Shown here in pieces: positions 36,080 to 44,973 of a stretch of 46,336 nt of DNA; position 1 is the first letter of the stretch; the number at the start of each line of letters is the position of its first letter. Position numbers and translations under genes: made by a program. The stretch is from a virus. The notes beneath the pieces were generated by a model. It saw only the letters and a list, made by a program, of their open reading frames with translations. It did no database searches and was not told the origin of the DNA. The stretch is taken from IMG/VR virus record IMGVR_UViG_3300026255_000010; one strand, written 5' to 3'.

Positions 36080-37510
36080 TCACACTCTCTCCGAAAATGT
36101 TGCCCCTTCCTGCATGACCGTCTTGGTTCCTGCCCACGTGCATCCTTCTGCGATTATGGTGCTCTGTACAGGCACCAGATCTGTAGTACAGAAGCATCCA
36201 CCGGGGGCCGTGATCTTGCAGTTCCTAGCCTCTACATAGGACCGGCCTATTGCATGGATACCAAAATAGCCTTCCAGTATGCAGTCTCCGAACACGACTT
36301 TGGAGCCTTCGGTGATGTACGTCGCCCCACCGGTCGAGTCCTCCCTGGTCTGGCTGCTCTTCAGAACGGAGTTCTCCACCAGGCCCGTTCCATCCCGGAT
36401 CATCAGGCCGTAAGATCCCGTGGTCTGGCTACAATCCATATTTAGATCGCTTATGGTGAAGTCGTTGACCTGCCAGACGGTCACCTGGCTGTCGGTCCAG
36501 AAACCGTGGACACCGACATTATCCTGGCTTCTTGTCTGCCAGTCGTTGTTCCCATAGAGAACAAAGCCCTCCCTGCACTGCCAGGCCGCGCAATCCATCA
36601 CCGTGCTGTTGTGGCAGGTATCGAGTATGATGCCTTCAGCACTACAGTTATGGGCTACCACAACGGAGACTATCTCGTTGGTGCCGCTATCTCCGGCTCC
36701 GTTGTTCCCCAGGTAAAGGCCGGATCCCCAAGAGTTCTTCAGGTTGAGCTGGTAGTATAGGCCGTTCTTCCGCTCGGACCCCACCAGGATCAGGCCTTCA
36801 CCGTCGTGGGGCTGGCCGTCTATCTGGGCGGCTCGATTGCCGTCCAGGGTGAGGTGCTGGATGGTGAAACTCTCGTACCCCGGATCATAGCCCATGGTGC
36901 CCCTGATGAGCATCATGGCAACGTGCCGCGAAGGGCTGCGTTGGCCGGGAAGCAGCTGGATGATGGTCTTGCCCATCCCATCCCCGGTAATGTACATGTC
37001 TTTGTCGAGTACCTGGATAGCAGAATAGAATATGTTGGAGCCGTCCGGATTGAGTGCAAATGGGTAAGGAGCTGATAAGAGGTAATGGCCCGCGCCTATA
37101 TGCAGGCTCCCACCGTCTGGAGTAGCATCTACCGCCGCCTTGAACAGGCCTGCTGCATCCGATGAAATGGGCAATGCTGCTATGGGTTCTCCGGCGGCTT
37201 CTGTGATAATGAAATTGTCTTGCTGGTAGATCCGGACGTCATAGGAGCTTTCTGGCTCCGGCGCTGGTTCAGCTTCTGGCTCGGGTTCGAGTTCAGCCTC
37301 CGGTTCCAGCTCGATCTCCACAGGGGATACGCCGATCTCGGGTCCAAACTCGGGAAACGTGATGTTGAGATGGGAGATGTTGACCGTCTGCAGCTCGGGC
37401 ATCACGATAGGGGGTGCCTGGATGTCGGAGAACCGGAATGGAGCTGGATAGACACCCACAGAGCTGCCGATAAGCAAAGCTAAGAGGAGTAATCCAAATA
37501 TGAGTCTCAA
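36080..37510 (-). CDS. Secreted right-handed beta-helix (pectate-lyase-like) protein
   Basis: Signal peptide RLIFGLLLLALLIGSSVG, Glu/Pro linker, KAAVDATPDGGSLHIGAGHY and IQHLTLDGN beta-helix motifs. Confidence 0.8.
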   Translation of the reverse strand: MRLIFGLLLLALLIGSSVGVYPAPFRFSDIQAPPIVMPELQTVNISHLNITFPEFGPEIGVSPVEIELEPEAELEPEPEAEPAPEPESSYDVRIYQQDNFIITEAAGEPIAALPISSDAAGLFKAAVDATPDGGSLHIGAGHYLLSAPYPFALNPDGSNIFYSAIQVLDKDMYITGDGMGKTIIQLLPGQRSPSRHVAMMLIRGTMGYDPGYESFTIQHLTLDGNRAAQIDGQPHDGEGLILVGSERKNGLYYQLNLKNSWGSGLYLGNNGAGDSGTNEIVSVVVAHNCSAEGIILDTCHNSTVMDCAAWQCREGFVLYGNNDWQTRSQDNVGVHGFWTDSQVTVWQVNDFTISDLNMDCSQTTGSYGLMIRDGTGLVENSVLKSSQTREDSTGGATYITEGSKVVFGDCILEGYFGIHAIGRSYVEARNCKITAPGGCFCTTDLVPVQSTIIAEGCTWAGTKTVMQEGATFSERV

Positions 37511-38130
37511 GAAAATCCCTACCTTCTAGCCAAGAATCCTTTTTTCGGCGATGCCGCTCTGAGCGCTTTCTCGACCCGGATGGCTTCCTCGACGAAATCC
37601 AGATCGTGGTTGCTCCATTCCTGGATGCACCTCCAGTCTATATCGCAGCGTCGCGGCATAGCAAAGTTCCTCTCAGAGCAGTAACAAGGAGCCCTCTTCG
37701 GCCATTGAAGACCAGAGGGCTAGCGTAGTCCTTTTTCCGCCAGGCCAATGAGGCGGTGCATGGGATGATTAGGATATTACGGGCGAAGCCATCCGCCCAA
37801 GATCAACAGCAGCCGGTCGAACTCCGCCGTGCTGCCTTCGAAGTGGAGGCCCTGGCCAGTGACTGTGATAGCCGGGAGCTGGTTGGCGGCACCGTCTTCC
37901 CACAAGTCGAGATCGATTATTCTGTCTGGCATGTCGCCTCGTGCTTATGGAACCGGCACACTTCGTCCGGTTCTTCGTCATACAGATACGGAAAATTTGG
38001 ATAAATAGCCGCCTTCCGATACGGCTTCTTGCGTTTGGTGAGAAGGGACATTGAGAATCACATTGAGAAAGCTTACGCAAAAGAAAGACGGAGATCTGCC
38101 GTCCAAATGACTTTATGAAGCTTCTCCTAT

Positions 38131-38457
38131 TTATATTTTTCTTGAGACGAGGCTCATCGCAAATTCCCGCATGGCCTTCTTTTTCTTTGCCTTGCTCATG
38201 TGGTACTCAGTGCCCTGGATGGTCTTGCGATCGTTGAAGATCTCCCCACAGGATTCGCATGCAGCGAACCCGTTCTTGTCGATGCGGACGACAGACCCAC
38301 ACTTGCACCTGAAATGGCCCTCCTCGACCAGGAATACCCGTCGGTTTCCATTTTTGTCAATTCCCTCTTTTGGGACCTTACCAGGCCTCCAAGCCTGCCC
38401 CACCCGTCCCTCAAAAGAATGGGCTAGCCTTGCCTTCGGCCAGCCGGCTTTCTTCAT
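38131..38457 (-). CDS. Zinc-ribbon protein
   Basis: CKCG...CESCG motif. Confidence 0.55.
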   Translation of the reverse strand: MKKAGWPKARLAHSFEGRVGQAWRPGKVPKEGIDKNGNRRVFLVEEGHFRCKCGSVVRIDKNGFAACESCGEIFNDRKTIQGTEYHMSKAKKKKAMREFAMSLVSRKI

Positions 38458-38654
38458 TCTATCGCCCTCCAGATCTTGCCGTGCTCAGCGCGTTCCGATT
38501 CTACCATCTTCCACCGCTCCAGCCCTCTGATTGAAGGCCACAAAACGTGCTTTGTCGATCCTATACCCTCTGCGATAGTCTCAGCCGTTGCCCCTTTGGG
38601 ATGCTGTCGCAAGTACTCCATGATGCAATCTTGCAGATGGCTCAAGCGCTCCAC
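38454..38654 (-). CDS. Winged-helix DNA-binding protein
   Basis: IMEYLRQHPKGATAETIAEGIG...LERWKMVES. Confidence 0.7.
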   Translation of the reverse strand: MERLSHLQDCIMEYLRQHPKGATAETIAEGIGSTKHVLWPSIRGLERWKMVESERAEHGKIWRAIE

Positions 38655-38788
38655 CCCTTCGCATACTGTGCCTTTCGGCTTCTGATGTCGCCATTCCTGG
38701 TCGCTTTTCCCAGCCCTCTTGCCACTACAAGCGTCTTGTGCCAGCCCGGATTCGCCCCAAGCCATCGCAATATGTCCTCCTGACTCAT
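38642..38788 (-). CDS. Small HTH-like protein (48 aa)
   Basis: MSQEDILRWLGANPGWH...VARGLG; ATGA coupling. Confidence 0.45.
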   Translation of the reverse strand: MSQEDILRWLGANPGWHKTLVVARGLGKATRNGDIRSRKAQYAKGWSA

Positions 38789-39003
38789 CCCAAAATCCTC
38801 CTCGCTCGTTCTGTCAGCTCCCACACACCTCTCCTTGCCGATCCATTCTTGCGAACGGTTCCCACCCGCTGGATGAGGCCCCTATCCTTCCAGTAGCGGA
38901 CCAGGCCACCCGCCACTCCGGGAAGGTGGTCTTGGAAGACAAACGAATCCTCCTTCGGCAAGACCCCCAAGTCTTCCCGGTGCCTGATCGGGCCGCGGCT
39001 CAC
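38785..39003 (-). CDS. Small winged-helix-like protein (72 aa)
   Basis: GTGA overlap with the exonuclease stop; WKDRGLIQRVG...VWELTE. Confidence 0.55.
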   Translation of the reverse strand: MSRGPIRHREDLGVLPKEDSFVFQDHLPGVAGGLVRYWKDRGLIQRVGTVRKNGSARRGVWELTERARRILG

Positions 39004-39554
39004 CAGAGCGTCCCCCTGAAATCGTTGTAGATCCTGCTCGTAATCTCGATATCTTCCAGACAATGAGCCCGAATGCCCTCCGGGTCGTTGTCCTCCCACA
39101 TCTTGGCTATGTCGGAACCGTTCGATTGCTTTCCAGCCCCATAGAGAAACCAATGAAGCTCGCTGAGCGAACACGCGGACACGTCCGTCTGCCATTTCCC
39201 CCCCAGGACATCAAAAAGATCACATATCCTTTGCGATCTCCGGTCCGGAAGGCAGAGCTTGATACCATATTTGGCGGCCCGCAGCCTGATGAGGGGGATG
39301 TCGAAGTTCTTCACATTGTAGCCCACCAATGTGGCCGTTCTGTGCTCGTTTAGGAGATCAGCGAACTCTTTCAGGATCTCCTCTTCCTCGCCCATGATGA
39401 CCTTCCGGCAGCCACCCAGGTCATAACCTACGGCGACCACGCGGCTGATGATGGCATGGATTCCGGCCTTCTTTTTCGACTTTGGGAAAGCCTGGTTGTA
39501 TTCGGTCAATCTGTCTGGAATTGTCTCTATGTCAAAAATTATTGGACTGTTCAT
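39000..39554 (-). CDS. DEDD 3'-5' exonuclease (PolB-exo/RNase H-like)
   Basis: ExoI FDIET, ExoII GYNVKNFD, ExoIII HCLED. Confidence 0.9.
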   Translation of the reverse strand: MNSPIIFDIETIPDRLTEYNQAFPKSKKKAGIHAIISRVVAVGYDLGGCRKVIMGEEEEILKEFADLLNEHRTATLVGYNVKNFDIPLIRLRAAKYGIKLCLPDRRSQRICDLFDVLGGKWQTDVSACSLSELHWFLYGAGKQSNGSDIAKMWEDNDPEGIRAHCLEDIEITSRIYNDFRGTLW

Positions 39555-39697
39555 TATATCACCTCATCAGCTATCGGGCATTCGCCCAGCTGCCACCGGT
39601 ATGGGCAGATTCCACATCCGCGAGAATCATCGTAAGTGCAGATAACGTCTCCACTTTCGGTGGATAACCGCATCCAGCGACATGAAATTAGACTCAT
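39554..39697 (-). CDS. Cys-rich microprotein (47 aa, not in the ORF track)
   Basis: MSLISCRWM...CTYDDSRGCGICPY...CP; ATGA and TAATG coupling. Confidence 0.45.
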   Translation of the reverse strand: MSLISCRWMRLSTESGDVICTYDDSRGCGICPYRWQLGECPIADEVI

Positions 39698-39851
39698 GCT
39701 CCTGCCCTCTTATCATAATCCCAACAGCATTTGCCGCACTGCCAGTCGCCGGGCCATGAACCATGCCCCTTTAGGCACCCGGGCTTATCGAAATGCGTCC
39801 GGTCGTTGGCATAAAGAAAGGCCAGATGCTTGCAGTTGCCTCTAAACGATA

Positions 39852-40631
39852 TCAATCCAAAACCTCCAAATTCTTCCTGATCGTCTCCGCTCTCTTCGGA
39901 CCTATGCCCTCGCAGTCCACCAGATCGCCGCAGAAGCCGTCTCTGAGGATCAGGCACAGATTGTACCTCTCCAGGATATTTGCGGCCATTTTGGGGCCCA
40001 CACCGCGTCCTGCGAGGATTGAAAGACCCACGGTCTTTCGTTCTCCGTCTGCGGGTTTGGGTGCGAAACCCGACAGATTGCCGCCTTCCAAGATCTTCCT
40101 AACCCGAAGCAGGATTCTGCCATAGGGATTGGTCTTGAGACGCCAGACCGGAATCCCGACGCCTATGCAGTTCGCCTCGAAGCCTTCCACCATCTCATAA
40201 TATTGCATGAGCTTTTTTGGGTCCATTCGATGCTTCCGGCTGGCTGCTTTCCTGATGGCCGCGCCCACGTCATTATCATCCCCCAGGACGGCTATAACAA
40301 ATGGTTCGCCCAGCTCTCGCGCGGCGAGACATTGTCCCCACAAGTGCCCGCTCAGGATGCTTGCCAGGTAATCGCTGTTGCCTTCCTCGGAGAAATCTTT
40401 GATTTCGATATGCAGCGTTCTGTTTTTGATGCATGGACCATGATCACAGGGCTCGCAATTGATGCCTTTGTTAAGGTTTTCACAGACATCCTCCGTATCG
40501 AACCTGATATCAAACGGGGTGTCCAACCGACCATTGGAAAGACAGAACCGATCATCGGTTTCTACCACCTTCCGGATGAGATCAGCACGCGGCCGCATGG
40601 CTTCGTTGCTGTCTATGGACAGGTAGATCAT
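39852..40631 (-). CDS. ERCC4/XPF-type nuclease with tandem HhH motifs
   Basis: IEIKD...DYLASILSGHLWGQ; GVGPKMA and GIGPKRA. Confidence 0.75.
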   Translation of the reverse strand: MIYLSIDSNEAMRPRADLIRKVVETDDRFCLSNGRLDTPFDIRFDTEDVCENLNKGINCEPCDHGPCIKNRTLHIEIKDFSEEGNSDYLASILSGHLWGQCLAARELGEPFVIAVLGDDNDVGAAIRKAASRKHRMDPKKLMQYYEMVEGFEANCIGVGIPVWRLKTNPYGRILLRVRKILEGGNLSGFAPKPADGERKTVGLSILAGRGVGPKMAANILERYNLCLILRDGFCGDLVDCEGIGPKRAETIRKNLEVLD

Positions 40632-40704
40632 TCGACCTCCTCAAGATCCATCCTGGCGCGTGCTTCGCATCCTGCTGGTATCGCCGGTCGGTCGGTGGGG
40701 GGCC

Positions 40705-41574
40705 TCATGCCTTGCCCTCTTGGATCTTTGCGACTTCTGCCTGCTCTTCTTTCAGCTCTTCCGAAGATTGCCAGTCCCCCCTAAGGAGCATGTCCGCTGC
40801 CCGGCTGTATGCCTTGCTTTCGCATACCCGCCCGGCAAACTGCCATTCCCGTGCTAGCTCCCTCCAGAGGGCTATCTTGGCCGGGAGAGGGACCAGGACG
40901 CTCTTGCCTTCGTCGGATATCCGTACCTTGATGGTCGCACCTTCCCTGAACTCTGGCATCCCATACTCATCGGTGCCCGTGACGATGCCCGGCTCGTCCA
41001 TCAGGACTTTCACTATCCAGTCCCAGGCCTTCTTAGCTAGGTACTCCTGTTTCCAGATGGACATACTGCTTTCCACTACACGATTGGCATTTCCATCCGG
41101 GATAGATGCTCGGACCACGACCTCCATGTATGTAGGAGTATGCTCGCGGCCAACGATCTGGAGAGATCCGCCTGCTTCCATCAGCGCGGCTATGTTGGTC
41201 TTGGCGCTGGCGGCCTTCCGGCCTCCTCCGGTGGAGTAGGTGGTCTTCTCGGTGCCCTGGCATTCCCTGACGGCCTCTAGGGCGCTTCCGGGGACACTTC
41301 CGGCCTGGGATCGGCTAGTTATCCGCCCAATGCCCCGAACGGCCAGATTTGAGGACTTGGGGGCGTTCTCGGCCAGATCCATCAGGATCTCGATCAGGCT
41401 ATCCAGGATCTCCGCATTGGAGCAGGAAGGCTTCCCATCCAGGAGGGTGATGACCACATCTCCGGGCATCAGGCAGAAGCCCTTCTCGTTGCTGGATACG
41501 GTCAGCTCGTGGCGGGCTGCGTACTCTTTGACGGCTGCGCCTAGCTCGTCCATTGTGATGGTTCTGGCTGCCAT
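40705..41574 (-). CDS. Possible single-strand annealing protein/recombinase
   Basis: CESKAYSRA resembles the A-x-TKA-x-x-RA motif of phage annealing proteins; lies beside nucleases. Confidence 0.35.
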   Translation of the reverse strand: MAARTITMDELGAAVKEYAARHELTVSSNEKGFCLMPGDVVITLLDGKPSCSNAEILDSLIEILMDLAENAPKSSNLAVRGIGRITSRSQAGSVPGSALEAVRECQGTEKTTYSTGGGRKAASAKTNIAALMEAGGSLQIVGREHTPTYMEVVVRASIPDGNANRVVESSMSIWKQEYLAKKAWDWIVKVLMDEPGIVTGTDEYGMPEFREGATIKVRISDEGKSVLVPLPAKIALWRELAREWQFAGRVCESKAYSRAADMLLRGDWQSSEELKEEQAEVAKIQEGKA

Positions 41575-41747
41575 TACTGCGCCCTCCTTCTTCTCTCTTC
41601 AATTACTTCGTCTGTATATCGCAGGCCTTCGCTGGCTCTCGCATTGGCTTCCATTTCGGCCTGATATTCTTCCTGAGCTGCTGCTTCCATTTCCCGCTCG
41701 TAAGCTTCCGCTTCCGCCGCTTCTTCGGCACAAGAATATCCACTCAT
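41574..41747 (-). CDS. Small acidic protein (57 aa)
   Basis: GGAGG RBS; Glu/Ala-rich helix. Confidence 0.5.
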   Translation of the reverse strand: MSGYSCAEEAAEAEAYEREMEAAAQEEYQAEMEANARASEGLRYTDEVIEERRRRAQ

Positions 41748-41987
41748 GCTTTTTCCTCCGGCTCTGGATACATGTCTGCCATCGATTCTTCTATCAAATG
41801 CTTCCGGGCTTCGGTTTCTTTGAGGGTTGTCATTTTTCCTCCTTCCAAGGCAACACCCGAAGGGCATCACCTTCTTCGTCGATTCGCACGTACTGCCCTT
41901 TCTGCAGGCCGTGTTTGGTGGTCCACTCTTTGGGCAAAGTTAGAACGAGACTCCCGCCCTGGTCCACCAACGATCGTATAGGCTTTA

Positions 41988-43242
41988 GTGACTACTCCCG
42001 CCAATTAATTAGCGGGCATCTAGGCTCTCGCCACAGACTGTAATCCCAGTCTGAGAATGTTTTTAGCTGCATTGAGATCTCTGTCCATGACTAGGCCACA
42101 TTTCGGGCAGTTATGGACTCGTTCTGAGAGATCCTTTTTGACTATCGAACCACAGCTTGAGCACATCTGAGATGTATATGCAGGATTAACCATGACCACT
42201 TTACGACCGGCACTTTCAGCCTTGTACGTAACGTAAGTCCTGAATCTATTCCAGCTTGCATCAAGCACGCTCTTGGCCATGTGAGGTTTCTTTTCAATGA
42301 GATTCTTGATATCTATATCTTCAAGGCAGATTATGCCATAATCATTGACTATCCGATGACTTAGTTGATGAGCAAAGTTATCTCTGAGATTACCAAGTCG
42401 TTCATAGATATGACTGACTTTCTTGGCAGCTTTCTTGCGTTCTGGTGATCTATGGGGGAGCTTGTCTTTCTTACTCTGCGCTGTGGCAAGCTTTTTTTCA
42501 CAAGATGCCAAATATCTTTGATTCTCTATAAATGTTCCATCTGAGAATACTGCGAAATTGGATATTCCCACGTCTATGCCTACCGCTTTCTCGGAATCTG
42601 GTACTGCGTCATTTGGTGCATCTTCTACTAAGAACGAGACATACCATTTTTTGGTAGATGATCTTTTTATGGTCAGCCTCTTAATGGTTCCATCAACTTT
42701 CCTATGCAACCAGACCTTAATATCTCCGATTTTGGAGAGATGCAAAACGTTATCCTTGAGCGCGAAACCACTTTGAGGATACGTTAAGCTGTCATACCAG
42801 TTTCTGCCTTTGAACCTTGGATAACCTGGTTCTTCTCCTGCTTTGACCCTTCGGAAGAACGCTTTGAAAGCCAGGTCTACCCTTTGAACAGCTTCCTGAA
42901 GAACCTGAGAATAGACTTCCGATAGCTCAGGTTTGGATTCTTTCCAGATAGGCAGCATCCTCTTAGATTCAAAGTAGCTTATAGATCGATCTTCATTCTC
43001 CCACGCATTCTTCCGTAGAGCAAGCGTCTCGTTGTAGACCCACCTACATAGATCAAGTTGCCTATTTAATATTGCAACTTGCGACTTTGTGGGCTTCAAT
43101 CTATAACGAAACACTTTAGGCATTATCAGTTAATAGGCTTCATTACCTAATATAGTTGTTGGTCCACAGGAAATAACAGCGGGGCACGATTCATCCCACC
43201 TCTGAAGAGGTGGGGATTCTCTGCCCCCGCACCCCGTCCTTA
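41988..43242 (-). mobile_element. Non-autonomous IS605/IS1341-type element (TnpB-2), target motif TTAG
   Basis: Left-end hairpin 43195-43214 preceded by AATC, inserted after TTAG; right-end hairpin 41997-42016 preceded by GATG, ending TCAC. Confidence 0.85.
42020..43123 (-). CDS. tnpB: TnpB RNA-guided endonuclease
   Basis: FRYRLKP HTH, GIDVG, CLEDI, RDLNA RuvC triad, CSSCG/CPKCG. Confidence 0.95.
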   Translation of the reverse strand: MPKVFRYRLKPTKSQVAILNRQLDLCRWVYNETLALRKNAWENEDRSISYFESKRMLPIWKESKPELSEVYSQVLQEAVQRVDLAFKAFFRRVKAGEEPGYPRFKGRNWYDSLTYPQSGFALKDNVLHLSKIGDIKVWLHRKVDGTIKRLTIKRSSTKKWYVSFLVEDAPNDAVPDSEKAVGIDVGISNFAVFSDGTFIENQRYLASCEKKLATAQSKKDKLPHRSPERKKAAKKVSHIYERLGNLRDNFAHQLSHRIVNDYGIICLEDIDIKNLIEKKPHMAKSVLDASWNRFRTYVTYKAESAGRKVVMVNPAYTSQMCSSCGSIVKKDLSERVHNCPKCGLVMDRDLNAAKNILRLGLQSVARA

Positions 43243-43707
43243 CTAACTTACTATGGAGTTTACGGCTATCGTTTGACCCCGTAAGTTTTCCACTTACACC
43301 GCCCTTACGGTCCTTACTGCCGTCCTCTTCCAGCGTAACTATCGCGTCGAGTCCCTTGAATCTGTCATAGTCTTTCAAGACCAGTCGTACCTTTTGGACG
43401 TTCTTGTCCTCTTCTTTGAGCGTGACCTTCTCAACATCAAATCCAGGTAGCTTCTGCAACAGGCCGGTTTTTCCATTCTCCCCCTGCACGAGCCGCAAGA
43501 TAAAATCGGTAGACAATCGCTCCGGGTCATCGGCCAGGGCTTGCTTGTGCTCCTCCAGCACCCGGCAAGTGTCGTGGCAATACCACTGAGCCCTGTGCGC
43601 CTCCTGCCTTTCCGGGTGGGCCTCTGCGGATGCCTTTCGTCTGGCCAGGATCTCCTCACGGTGTGCATGGTAGTATTCCCGGTGATAGGCTCGCAGCTCT
43701 TCTGGAG

Positions 43708-43965
43708 TCATTTCATCCTCTCCAGGATTTCGGCTCTCTCCTCCGGCCCGAGGAAGTACTCTCCTAGAATCCACTGGAGCCTTCCCAGGTGCTCGTTACG
43801 GCACTTTTGGCAGTCTTTGGCTATATTGGCCCGTTCTGGCAGATCATCGATCCTTGGCGCGCTAGAGGCCCGTCTAGCGCATTCCTGGATGATGGTCATC
43901 TCTCGCAGGATGTCCTGCCAGGTGTTGCCCTCCAGGGTTATCGATATTTTTGGCGTGGTTCTCAA
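43708..43965 (-). CDS. Hypothetical protein with CxxC
   Basis: GGAG RBS; ATGA coupling downstream. Confidence 0.5.
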   Translation of the reverse strand: MRTTPKISITLEGNTWQDILREMTIIQECARRASSAPRIDDLPERANIAKDCQKCRNEHLGRLQWILGEYFLGPEERAEILERMK

Positions 43966-43970
43966 CTCCT

Positions 43971-44306
43971 TTACTTGATATTTGATATTCCTGTTATTAT
44001 GTTATTATATAGCAGCCGTTCGCATTCTTGCATGAAGTCGTTCGCGTGCTCCGGCTCATCGCGGTATGCATCCATGGCAGCTATCTTAAGGATCTTCTTG
44101 ATCCGGATGGTTCGCAGGTTCTGGTATGCGCGCCTTTCCGTGGTCACGTTCTCCTGGAGGATCATCTGCTCGATGTCAGATTCTGCTAATGATGCCTCCT
44201 GTTCCTGGATTGCTATCTCTCCTTTCGCTACTTCGTAAAAATTTTCAGGCAATTTCTGGAGGAGATTGTTGTCTTTCTCCGTCCTTGCCAATTGGGTCAA
44301 ATCCAT
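43971..44306 (-). CDS. GINS A-domain-like protein
   Basis: LQKLPENFY...R..RIKKILKIA...E..LY..I pattern of the archaeal GINS alpha-helical domain. Confidence 0.65.
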   Translation of the reverse strand: MDLTQLARTEKDNNLLQKLPENFYEVAKGEIAIQEQEASLAESDIEQMILQENVTTERRAYQNLRTIRIKKILKIAAMDAYRDEPEHANDFMQECERLLYNNIITGISNIK

Positions 44307-44318
44307 TCAAACCACCGG

Positions 44319-44517
44319 TAAAATTTTACCCTTTATCTCATACCTTAAGTATAGGGTATTACCTATGTACTTTCTATGCTGTAGGGTTGAAATGTGCGAA
44401 ATATCAACCTTTTTTAATAGTCTCTTACTTTGAGTAAGAGTAAGAATCTGTCTATATATAATATTAAAGGTAAAGAGCATACCATATCTTAGCTTTACGG
44501 TAAAGGGTAAAATTTTA
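44319..44517. repeat. AT-rich region bracketed by 17-bp perfect inverted repeats (candidate origin)
   Basis: TAAAATTTTACCCTTTA (44319-44335) and TAAAGGGTAAAATTTTA (44501-44517); extra GGTAAA copies. Confidence 0.6.
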
Positions 44518-44973
44518 TACCCCCCTGTTTAGAATGTGGTTTAAATACTCGGGCACAAGTCGGACAGTTTTTCCACCCAATTTACTGTCCTTAACTTCAT
44601 AACGTTCTGGAAACTGTTTAAAGCATCTACCCAAATGAGTCATATTCTGCTTTCGCGTGTTGGGCGAATATCCGAGGAGCTTGCCCATGTCTGAGAAGGT
44701 TATGGGCTGATTATTATGGGATACCAGGAGGCCGTCTACCTTCTTGAGCTTCGCCTCATGGATTTTCGCAGTGGTCGGTGCGGGCCTGGGTAGCCTTTCT
44801 ATGGCCCTGAGCCTCTTGCCGTGGTCTGCGAAATCCTCACTTAGCTGTTCGATGGACTTCCAGAGGAGCCTATTCTCCTGCGTCAACGCTTCAACGGCGC
44901 TGGTTAGCACAGCCAACTGGTTTGTGAGGTTCAAGCTCTCGGATGTCGGGGCGGAGATGGGGGCGGCCATCAT
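44515..44973 (-). CDS. Coiled-coil plus winged-helix protein
   Basis: N-terminal heptads; ITFSDMGKLLG...HLGR...YEVK wHTH pattern. Confidence 0.6.
   Translation of the reverse strand: MMAAPISAPTSESLNLTNQLAVLTSAVEALTQENRLLWKSIEQLSEDFADHGKRLRAIERLPRPAPTTAKIHEAKLKKVDGLLVSHNNQPITFSDMGKLLGYSPNTRKQNMTHLGRCFKQFPERYEVKDSKLGGKTVRLVPEYLNHILNRGV

Larger units (their letters stand above)
41830..43711 (-). pseudogene. IS-interrupted gene with C-terminal AbrB/SpoVT-like domain
   Basis: Removing 41988-43242 gives a 627-nt ORF ending ...SKLV|KPIRSLVDQGGSLVLTLPKEWTTKHGLQKGQYVRIDEEGDALRVLP. Confidence 0.75.

Noticed and set aside
44319-44517. MITE defined by the 17-bp inverted repeats
   Set aside because: No target-site duplication and the right repeat overlaps a stop codon; origin or operator is more plausible
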